A stretch of 63,694 nt of DNA, filler included, from Collodictyon triciliatum (lineage: Eukaryota): NCBI GenBank assembly GCA_043381765.1. It is 14 parts of 14 records of this genome, joined end to end, with 100 filler letters (N's around TTAATTAATTAA, not from the genome) between each part and the next. Parts side by side here need not be neighbours in the genome. Positions count along the whole stretch, not along the records: positions 48,360 to 52,639 come from JBHJMP010006286.1; positions 52,740 to 57,015 come from JBHJMP010006287.1; positions 57,116 to 61,390 come from JBHJMP010006288.1; positions 61,491 to 63,694 come from JBHJMP010006313.1; 10 more parts are not named here. The stretch is one strand, 5' to 3'. Below the pieces are notes generated by a model that made no database searches, was not told the DNA's origin, and saw nothing but the letters and a program-made list of their open reading frames with translations. Shown piece by piece: positions 49,143 through 63,694 of the stretch; positions within the stretch are counted from its first letter, which is position 1, and each line of letters begins with the position of its first letter. Both the position numbers and the translations under genes were made by a program.

Positions 49143-49657
49143 NNNNNNNNNNNNNNNNNNNNNNNNNNNNNNNNNNNNNNNNNNNNNNNNNNNNNNNNNN
49201 NNNNNNNNNNNNNNNNNNNNNNNNNNNNNNNNNNNNNNNNNNNNNNNNNNNNNNNNNNNNNNNNNNNNNNNNNNNNNNNNNNNNNNNNNNNNNNNNNNNN
49301 NNNNNNNNNNNNNNNNNNNNNNNNNNNNNNNNNNNNNNNNNNNNNNNNNNNNNNNNNNNNNNNNNNNNNNNNNNNNNNNNNNNNNNNNNNNNNNNNNNNN
49401 NNNNNNNNNNNNNNNNNNNNNNNNNNNNNNNNNNNNNNNNNNNNNNNNNNNNNNNNNNNNNNNNNNNNNNNNNNNNNNNNNNNNNNNNNNNNNNNNNNNN
49501 NNNNNNNNNNNNNNNNNNNNNNNNNNNNNNNNNNNNNNNNNNNNNNNNNNNNNNNNNNNNNNNNNNNNNNNNNNNNNNNNNNNNNNNNNNNNNNNNNNNN
49601 NNNNNNNNNNNNNNNNNNNNNNNNNNNNNNNNNNNNNNNNNNNNNNNNNNNNNNNNN
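49143..49657. other. Internal scaffold gap (515 N)
   Basis: Directly visible, preceded by an (ATT)n microsatellite. Confidence 0.9.
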
Positions 49658-49783
49658 TTGATACATCTCAACTGAAAATACAGGAAGTGTATCTTATATT
49701 TATTATAATGCTCGGTCAATCAATAAAGAAAAAAATGCTTTTGTTATCGATTACTAAAAGGCAACTGTATTGATATTCAAAAA

Positions 49784-50930
49784 TTAAAATCTGGAGGGAA
49801 AATGAGATCGACAGGGTCGAGTACGAAGGAAGACAAACGATCTAATACGAGCAACTCTAGGCGAACTGGATGTAAAACAGGAGGAACCCCGCACGTTCGT
49901 TGGTGTTTCAACAACAGCTATAGGTTCAATGCGAGATTGTAATAACTGTTTATATGGATAGAATAAAATGTACACAAAAAGGATTTATAATTGGTGCATT
50001 GTCTAGACGAACGCTTGAAGCAAACAAGAGTTCTAAATACTTTCTGTTTGGTAGTTGTATAATTTGAGCATCTTGTCGACATCCCATTCAGCATCTCTCG
50101 ACTTTGGTGGCTGGGGTACAGGATTCCACCTAGATAAATAAATGTAAAGAATGAAAACGGTTTTTGACGAAAGTTGTAAGATATATCAATATTTGTGCGT
50201 ATAAATATGTATAAGATAGATCATTTTTGAAGAAAAAAAGCAATATATAAATATATATATAACAAATTTGTGCCTCGTTGATTTTGATCGAAAAGATGAC
50301 AGCTGCGATCGATCAGAAAGGGCACCACTGATATCTGTGGATTTCCAGTACCTTTGATGAAGCCATTAAAACCAACTCATGCATAATGGTGTCTAAATGT
50401 ATTTGTAAGCCTTACTCGTAGCTCCCTGGACCAATTCTTTGAGCAACTTCTTTCTGTGAATGAAAAAAAAATTGTAAGAGATTAGAAGGGCTCTACAATA
50501 TTCCCCACTTCAATTTTTTTTTTTTAAAAAAAAATTGCTGTACTGAATCGATAAATACATATTTTTAATTCAGGTGTTACATGCACATAAGTTACTAGAT
50601 GTTTATTTAATAAACGTATCGTATTTTTGACAACCTTAAATCTTGGGGTTCTCGATGCGAAACAAGGAGATGAAGAGTTGCGAAACGGTTTTTTAGAGAC
50701 GTAGTTTAGACTCTAAGAAGAGTCCAGAGAAATACGTAATCAAATGTAAATTAAGGTGTGTTTGTTTTTCATCACTTTTATTTGGAATATGATTAGAACA
50801 TTCTTATTCTTAAAATAATAACTGCCAAGTTTGAAATATGAACCTAAAATGTATCCCAAAAAATGTTAAATACCAGCAATGACGTTTCTTGATATGGCGA
50901 TGGATTAGCAGATGGGGATGTTTGTGGCAT
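49784..50930 (-). CDS. Spliced hypothetical protein with SHIPPO/PG-repeat-like motifs
   Basis: Putative exons SSSPCFASRTPRFK, EVAQRIGPGSYE, LSSFRSKSTR and GSSCFTSSSPR resemble F.S...R / GPG.Y axonemal repeat proteins. The exon structure is not fully resolved. Confidence 0.35.
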
Positions 50931-51325
50931 TGGCTTAACATGACTAAGGGAAAAAACGGTGAATACAAATTCATGGAGGTTTTAAAATACAAATACAAAT
51001 ACAAATACAAATACACAAACACACAAACATACAAACACAAACACAAATATTTTTAAAAATTTTAGTCAAGTGACATGCAAGCAATGAAGGCTGGTTAATG
51101 AAATCGAGAACTTCATTAGTGAGGCCCCGCTTTGAAACCCTTCATATGAAGAAGAACGTTCGGACTCAAGATCGAGCTCTTCTTCTTTTGCTGCCTCAAC
51201 AACCGCTTGATTGGTTCATTTGATGAGTATAGTTCAACTTCTTTCCATTTTTTTATATAAAAAAAAGAAATGATATGGTTGAAAATACTTTGGTTCAAAT
51301 TAGTTTGTATAATAAGTAAAATGAA

Positions 51326-52357
51326 TCAGCTACATGATGCTCCGTCAAGGCAAGCCAAGATGAATTTTTGAAATGATATATATTTGACATCGGGGGAATC
51401 TAATTTTGCTGCAGCCAGAAATCTTGAGTATTGAGCATCTGTTAGCTGGTGATAGGGAGAAAATGTTGTGAGTATACTATTTTCTTTTTTTCTTCGATTT
51501 GTGCAAAAATAGTAGAGTTGGTCCTGGGGCTGTGAGTAAAATTGTGACAAAAATGAGGCTTGCTTTGAAACTGGCTATACATATATATTAACACAAAGCT
51601 GTTGAAAAATGAGCAGGAAAAAGACCACCTATTTCAATATTGTGCATATGAAAAGAGAATATCTTGCTTTTATTCCACGGTAGAGAAGTGCTTTTTTCAA
51701 TTGGCCTCTATTTAAGACGCCAGATTTTGTAGTGTCTGCTTTTTGAAAAGGTATCGCAAACTCTTCATCCACGTATTGCATGAATTCATACTCATCGATT
51801 CTGTGGGTATAAAAGAGTTGTTTATAGAAGCTTCTTTTTTTCTGGATCGATATCTCTGCAATGTCCTTTCAAAGAAAATAAAATGCGTTCGTATATTCTT
51901 TACTGGTCATTTTGGTCATTATCAATCTTGTCCAGAACACGCATTAGAGTCTTCGTGTCGTTGGACGGATTCGACCTCCGGGCAATTTCCTATGAATTTG
52001 ATAGATATGTTCGTGGAGAGGAGATATCACTTCAGCTTACAATAAAGTCAATACAGAGGGGGTACCTCGAAAAAAATATGGAAGATTAAAAAAATTGAGA
52101 AATAGAAGAAATGAACAAGTGTAGAAATTGTAAAAGGGAAAAGGAAAGAGGGAGAAAGAAACCGAAAGAGAGAAAGAAAGAAACAGAAAGAAAGAAAGTG
52201 TAACAAAGTAAGTAGATGAAGAGGAAAGGGAAGATCATGCAAATGTTAACCGTACCTTCAACTCAGCATGTGTAAGGAACCCTTTCTTCTCCTTGTCAAA
52301 CATTTCAAATAACCTCTTTGTGTCCTCCACCATGTCTACGCTCATGTTTCCTCCCAT
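51326..52357 (-). CDS. EF-hand calcium-binding protein with predicted N-myristoylation
   Basis: MGGNMS start (MGxxxS). EF-hand-like LFEMFDKEKKGFLTHAELK, LDKIDNDQND, FQKADTTKSGVLNRGQLKKAL and YISFQKFI. Confidence 0.7.
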
Positions 52358-52968
52358 CTTCCGCCTTGTTATCTCCCTGTTGCTTCGATCGAGTCAAATA
52401 AACTTTGGGTTTTCTATCGTCTCTCTTTCTTCTTTCCCTTATTTCTTGCTTTGTCAATAGAAGAACAGGTGTCTTAAAAAGTATGCCTTAATAGAATATA
52501 GGAGAGCGGATTTGTTTCTTATTTTTTCTTATTTTCTCTTCTTTTCTCTTTTTCTCTTTTTCTCTTTTTCTCTTTTTCTCTTTTTCTCTTTTTCTCTTTT
52601 TCTCTTTTTCTCTTTTTCTCTTTTTCTCTTTTTCTCTTTNNNNNNNNNNNNNNNNNNNNNNNNNNNNNNNNNNNNNNNNNNNNTTAATTAATTAANNNNN
52701 NNNNNNNNNNNNNNNNNNNNNNNNNNNNNNNNNNNNNNNAAAAAAGAAAAAGAGAAGAAAGATAAAAGATAAAAGAAAAAAGAAAAAAGAAAAAAGAAAA
52801 AAGAAAAAAGAAAAAAGAAAAAAGAAAAAAGAAAAAAGAAAAAAGAAAAAGAATAGAGGAAAAGAAAAAGAGAAAAAGAGAAAAAGAGAAAAGAAAAAGA
52901 AAAAAGAAAAAAGAAAAAAGAAAAAGAAAAAAGAAAAAGAGAAAAGAAAAAAGAAAGACTCGGCGTTA

Positions 52969-55900
52969 CTTTTTCACATGCCCAATGCACCATCACGCGG
53001 TCGGCACTGATATTCATACTTTCGCAGATTTTGACGGCCAGAAGGTGCCGTCGACGGTTTGAGAGGCGGTCGATGATAGCTTCGAGACCGAACTTCTCGA
53101 ATCTACCATAGACTTAATGAGCACGAAAGAGAATCATTTTTCTTAGATACCACAAATCTAGAAACAACGATAAATTGAGCGCCATCGTTTCGAAGGATAA
53201 TATGGAAGTGTATGAATCATCCTCGTCGCTATCTGATCAGAATTCATACAGATATGTGTCTGATAATAGTGTTCAGCATGGAAATACAAACTGTTGGATG
53301 GTTAGCGGGATGCCGATTTCGTAGTGACGGAGCGAGTTGAGAATGCGTATGGTTTTTGCTGCCTCGACATATCGGTCTGAATTGTAGTGCTCCAGATAAG
53401 ATTTTCCAAAGGAAGCGGCCTGTTGACATTTCCTTTTCAATCTTGATGAAAGATACAGAAATGGCGGTATTTCTGAAAAACCTCGAGTCAGGGTATCAGG
53501 TGCTAAACTACAATAGTCTCATTTTTTCATTTTTCATTAATTTTACTGAACATACCGTCATCAAGGGTTTCTGGAATGTGAAGTCTTGCTCATACAGAGC
53601 AGCTTCGACACACTTATCAACTGCATCAGATAAGTCCGCCTATTCCGATGAAAAGAAAAGAAAACAAAAGAAAACAAAAGAAAACAAAAGAAAACAAAAG
53701 AAAACAAAAGAAAACAAAAGAAAACAAAAGAAAACAAAAGAAAACAAAAGAAAACAAAAGAAAACAAAACATAAGCATTTGTAAATGTAATTTACAAGGA
53801 TTAAATGATGAAACAGGGCAAGAAATTGAGTCATGAATTACTGCGTATTTATTTAAAAACATATTTATATGGAAAGGCATTCAATTTATGTAAGCCCACT
53901 TTAATCAATCTGATGGTTTCATCGGCTCGTGGATTCTTTGTCTGTATAATTTAAATTGTAAATGAGGGTTTATTGACTCATAATTCAAAGAAGCGAAGAA
54001 TATTGGTGGTTGTGGATTTATGGAATCTTCTGGCTTCATCCTAAAATCGGACTTACAAGGAACATCTCCGTTGCGTCGTAGAGCATTGCCGATGGGGAAG
54101 TGGAGCCAATTTTGAAAATCTCTTCAATGACGACTGTATTGGGTGGATTGCAAACAATAAGTGAGGTTGCATTCAAGGTGCGTATTCGGCAACAAAAACT
54201 CCTGGTATGAGCGTGGAGTATGGTTTCTCATTGTACATGTGTCGATGATGCGAATTTGCGTTCAATGAAAAGCCACGTATTCTTTCTTTTTCTTCTTTTT
54301 GTGATGCTTGTTTCAATAAAATTACTTGGCACTTTTTGAATGAACTCGGTTTTTTCCTGCGTTATCACACGTGTTCCATCTACTTCGGCAACCATCACAA
54401 GAGGGGTAGAATAAGAGTATCTGTGATATTGAAAGCAAGCTAGATTATCTCCATGGATTATGACAGAATGGAGTATGAGAGAGGTTGAGCGGAAGTGGAG
54501 ACAAGACAATATGAATTGAATGATTCATGCTGGGGCCGATGCATTACTTGATCCAATTTCCATGCGGACCAACCATTAACAGAAGCTTGTCCCAGTACAT
54601 GATGACCGAATCATCGCCACACCTAATACGCAAGATGGTCAATCGAATACGACTTTTTCCTGATAATACAACGTCCGCAATTTTCTTTAGACAAATTTGT
54701 TATATCAACACATTTGCATGCACTTGGAGATGTTGCATTTGCGGTTGAGACAAACCAAGTGATTTGTTGCGGAGGGGTGTTGGAGCGAGTCTCGAATTCC
54801 GAGTAATTTTTACTAAAGTCTGCAAATAGGATGGCCGTTTTCATGCGTTTCAAGATTTAAAATATTGCAGTTGTTTAGCCATTATTTCCATTTCAAGAGT
54901 TCTAACTGTAAAGATGGATGTCTATGTAATATTACCAGATGAGACGACCCACACTACGCCTTTGAGTGTGAAGCAAGCCAAGGTCCGACCACTTGGGGAA
55001 AGCGCCATGGAGACAACAGGGCCATTTTTGACACCCTGCAAACAAAGACAGCACGTTTGATTTGAACATTCAGCTATCCTGGCCTTTTAATACATTTGAA
55101 GTGTGTGCGAGTGCAGTTTGTTACAAGCATATTGGTACCCCACTTTTCTGTTTTGCAAGATATGAGAGTGGCCAACCTGGTCAACACAGTTGCCAAAGTC
55201 CAACGTGAGAATGGTTCCAGAGCGCGTGGCGATGAGGACTTCCGTTTGCTTGCTTGTTGACTTCTTTGGTTCGATGCAGACGATTGCAGTGGGAGGCTCG
55301 GTGAGTCCTGTGATGTATTAAGCACGTATGGGATAAATCGATTCCTGTTTTCTTTCTCTCTTGGTCTTATTTCAACAAATAGATGGGATTTGAATATGTA
55401 CATCGGGTTTACAGTTAATGAATCCAAAAAAACAACGTAATGACACATAAACAAAAGAGGATATTAATGAGTGCTCACCTGCGTCAGCAAAAAGTCGCGG
55501 TCTGGGCTCGTCAAAGTCTCGAACTTCAAAGACTTGATAGTCGTTTGCAATCACCACAAACCCAGAGCTCCAAAACACGGCATCCAAGACTCCCGTTCGT
55601 TGGCAGTGCTGGGTTAAAGTCAACATGAATATGATTGAATCTCCCTTAAGCCATTTGGCATGTAGGTTTAAAATATCTTCTTCAATCGCGAGATTATATA
55701 GTTGGCGAGCTGTTTTGATATAGTGTCTCACAGGTCCGAGTGTGAACTGCTTCAAAAGAACTCCCCAAATGTTCCAGAGAACTACGGTTGCATCTCTAAA
55801 GGATGAGAAAGAAGATTAAAGTTTGCCGTCGCTTCAAGCATCTCCTATACGTTTCAATATCCGCGACATGTGCGGCAGAAAAAAGATTATGCGAGTGTGC

Positions 55901-56807
55901 ATGAATGATGATGAGCATATTCTTGTGCACTGCTTGTTTTCAAACGCTCTCGATAGTATGCGCCAACATAGATTTCTTTTCAGATGCCCCAGCTTACTCA
56001 AAGATGCCCACCAGAATCTCTTTGTCTGTCCATCCAAGCTTGACAAGTCCGTGACGATTCCACTAGAAAACCGCACGATTAATGTCTTCCAAACAAATAT
56101 TGCTTTCTTTCATCAAATCAAGATGGCTGAAATACGCTCTCTCTTTTGGTGGTGGAGCTGCGAATGGCAAAGTCCGAAAATACTCACAAACGTGCGGCTC
56201 AGAACCGTGCCGGATGCTGTGAATATCTGAAGAACGGGCTGCGTGTTTTCCTCGAGAGCCATGACTTTGCTTTCGTCACGCACAACCGCTACAACGAGTA
56301 AATGGGTCAGCAGCTGCGCAATATGCAAGAGTGTGCATGTGCGACTCAGGCGAAGCAGGCAAGTCATTCAGCTGCCAAACAAGGCCGCAGAGAGAACGGC
56401 GCAGGCGAAGGAAAGCTGTGTGGATGCAGTCGAGCAGGAGAAGCAGGGGAATACCGATGGGCCCGCCAAACGGCGCCGCAGCCACGACGCACTTTGAGAG
56501 ATCGATTCGGCCCCACACCATTTCGTAGACATCGCGGCGCCTGCAGAGGACAAGCAGAAGGTTTTACAGTGGGGAGGAATGCAGCCCGTCGGTGTGGAAG
56601 TCTGGGTCTTAGGTGTCTTTTTTCTTCTTTACTTTGTTCTGTTATTCTTTCTTTTTCTTTTTTTCTTTTTTCTGTTATTCTTTTTCTTTTTGGGTTCTGC
56701 TTGGTTGTTTGATGTATTCGGTAGAGCATGGTGTTCTCTTTGTCCTCCTACCTGTAAGAGCGATCGCCCAGTGGTTGCCAGTCGGCTGTCGGGTGCGCGG
56801 AGGCCAT
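52969..56807 (-). CDS. VPS16: Vacuolar protein sorting 16 (HOPS/CORVET); spliced, 3'-truncated
   Basis: MASAHPTADWQPLGDRSYR/RDVYEMVW, VAAAPFGGPIA, PPQQITWCGDDSV, EVDGTRVIT, IFKIGSTSPSAMLYDA, IIDRLSNRRHLLAVKIC...VMVHWACEK. Confidence 0.93.
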
Positions 56808-57514
56808 CGCTGTGGTTTCTATGGGAAGTTTCTGAGGAAAGCAGGGGACAAACACTTTCTGTCTATCTCTACTTTTGATTCTTTTTGTATTGTTGAGTGA
56901 AAGTTGCAGGCGGGTTGTCAAAAAAAAATAAAATGAAAAATGAAAAATGAAAAATGAAAAATAATAATGAAAAATGAAAAATGAAAAATGAAAAATGAAA
57001 AATGAAAAATGAAAANNNNNNNNNNNNNNNNNNNNNNNNNNNNNNNNNNNNNNNNNNNNTTAATTAATTAANNNNNNNNNNNNNNNNNNNNNNNNNNNNN
57101 NNNNNNNNNNNNNNNCCTTCCTTCTCTTGGGCAAATCTACCCACCTATTGAAATGCATTTCACATCCTCGATGATGAACCCAACAACCCATCACACACTA
57201 ATAGTATCACCCCAAACCAAAATAATAATATCGATAAAGTGATGGAATGAATCAACACACAGAGAAAATTAGAGGAAAGGAAGATTCAGTATCGATGATA
57301 CGACTATCCCCATCTACAAACTTCTATTGTTCTTAGTGCCTTTGTGTTATTATTATTATTATTATTTTGTTTTCTTTTATTTATTACTCTCGAGAAGAAA
57401 AAACTCATGTGTGCATTCTCGCCTTGGATGACGGTTGGTAGGCAGCCGTCTTTCTTTCCATTTCTCTTGTCTTCATGCTTGCGGTTGCGCCGGTGTCTGG
57501 GCCGGAGATGCCGT

Positions 57515-59615
<2,101 letters not shown>

Positions 59616-61490
59616 TTAAAAATAAGGTAATTGGTGGAAGGGTTCATCAGCCTCGTTTACAGTAGCAGAAAAAAAAACTTGGCAATTATGTACTATCGTA
59701 CGACTGGAAGCCGCCAACCACAAGAAAAACTATTACTACCTTTCTGATGAGAATATGTGGGCAAATAAAGCTGGTGTTGTCTGAAAGAAGAGAAGGGAAT
59801 CGAAGGTCCATTTATTTCGGGGTGAAGGATGGCGACGGGAAACCAGACATGTTTATACATTCACTCCCCCCGCCAAAATAATAATAATAACAATAATAAT
59901 AACAATAATAATAACAATTATAATAACAATAATAATAACAATAATAATAACAATAATAATAACAATAATAATAACAATAATAAAAACAATAATAATAACA
60001 ATAATAACAACAATAATAATATCAATAATAATAACAATAATAATAACAATAATAATAACAATAATAATAACAATAATAATAACAATAATAATAAAAGAGA
60101 GGTTATTCACCAAATGGTAAGACGAGAAAAGAGAAAAGAGAAAAGAGAAAAAGAGAGAAAAAGAGAGAAAAAGAGAGAAAAAGAGAGAAAAAGAGAGAAA
60201 AAGAGAGAAAAAGAGAGAAAAAGAGAGAAAAAGAGAGAAAAAGAGAGAAAAAGAGAGAAGAAAGAGAGAAGAAAGAGAGAAAAAAGAGAGAAGAAAGAGA
60301 GAAAAAAGAGAGAAAAAAGAGAGAAAAAAGAGAGAAAAAAGAGAGAAAAAAGAGGGAAAAAAGAGAGAAAAAAGAGAGAAAAAAGAGAGAAAAAAGACAA
60401 CACAACAACTGTTCTTTCGCAGGCAGCTCAATCAGCCTGCTCATCAAAGTGTAGGGCCCTCCAGTCAGATGTGGCAAACACAGAGCGCTGCAATCGAAGT
60501 GATCGCTTCGCAAATCCGGCGGGCGACTTTGCGTGGGGTTCTCGAAAATGGCCCACACGAACTGAAGAGAATGTTCGATCCGCTATGTTAGCAGAGAGGC
60601 TTCGCCGGTTTTTTTTCTGTGCAAGGCATTCGCTTATCTTATTTTGGAATATATGATATTATTGATTTATAGTTTTTCAATATGTTAAAGGCACAAATTA
60701 TACATAAAAATATACATATGAATATTTACTATTATATAATTTAAGATACATTTCATTCACATTTATCAAGAAACGTTCTGCCAGATGCGCACAAATACTC
60801 CCAGCTAAACTTTGTTACCCTAATTTGGGGTATTAAAAAAATATTTCTTAAATAAGACATCCCATGGACTTTCTTCAGTGATCATATGCGGAAAATATAA
60901 TTTTCTTAGTTCTCTGTCACCCATATATACCTCCACAAAAATTCCCTTGGGTAGTATAGCCGTTGCCATTTAGGACTATTAAATAGGAAGCTTGACGAAG
61001 CGAGTTGCCTGTCTGTGTAGTAGTACAAAGGCGAAGGCCGGGGATCACTGAGAGCCAAGAGGCTGTGAGGCAGGAATCATAAATGCGGGTGAATTGTGGC
61101 CTGCTCCAGGATTTTCCGCCAGCAATATGAAAGGTTCGGTCCTACATCGCCCATGGGGAGCGGTGCTGGTGGCTTGTTGTGGACAAAGTTACACCCTAGA
61201 GTTGTTTGTTTGGTCACTCATGAGACTTGCTCGATGAGCGAAGCGAATCCCTTCAGGAATTTTCCCATCTCATTTTTGGTGCGATTGGGTTCACGATTGA
61301 CCGCGCCACTGTTTATCCTAGCACTGACCATCCACAGAATCTCGTACAAAAAGAAAAAGAGAAAAAGAGAAAAAGAGAAAAAAGGGAAAANNNNNNNNNN
61401 NNNNNNNNNNNNNNNNNNNNNNNNNNNNNNNNNNTTAATTAATTAANNNNNNNNNNNNNNNNNNNNNNNNNNNNNNNNNNNNNNNNNNNN

Positions 61491-61596
<106 letters not shown>

Positions 61597-61619
61597 TTAA
61601 TGAGTTATTATAATAGACA

Positions 61620-63620
<2,001 letters not shown>

Positions 63621-63694
63621 AATTTTAAGGTTTGGTTATTAGCTGTCTTTTTTTTTTTTTTTTGGTGCTTTTTGTTTATTTTTAAGGTTCACAA

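Overview
This window is not contiguous DNA. It is a run of about 15 unrelated ~4.3-kb draft contigs, in roughly descending size order, joined by artificial N44-TTAATTAATTAA-N44 linkers. Most come from an AT-rich, intron- and microsatellite-rich eukaryote using the standard genetic code, probably a flagellated protist. Recognisable spliced genes are TMTC, a nucleus-encoded ccmA (System I cytochrome c maturation), HUS1, CLP1, exportin-7, a P4-ATPase flippase, NAD-IDH catalytic subunit, an EF-hand protein, VPS16, PSMA7 and KAP3. There is also a decayed LINE zinc-knuckle fragment and a ~182-bp degenerate tandem array. Three pieces (21952-25612, 26428-30714, 35204-39490) differ sharply: they are intronless, gene-dense and free of microsatellites. 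They carry a family-A-related TVpol polymerase/primase joined (via a frameshift) to a D5-like SF3 helicase, the C-terminus of a Polinton-type integrase, an AT-hook protein, a perfect 30-bp inverted repeat, and two very large orphan proteins rich in CDK-type S/T-P-x-K/R and cyclin-docking-like motifs. The best reading is fragments of a Polinton-like-virus/virophage-related element, possibly endogenous. No capsid, packaging ATPase or terminal repeat is visible, and physical linkage of the three pieces is not shown. Spliced-gene coordinates are spans of recognisable exons read by eye and are approximate.
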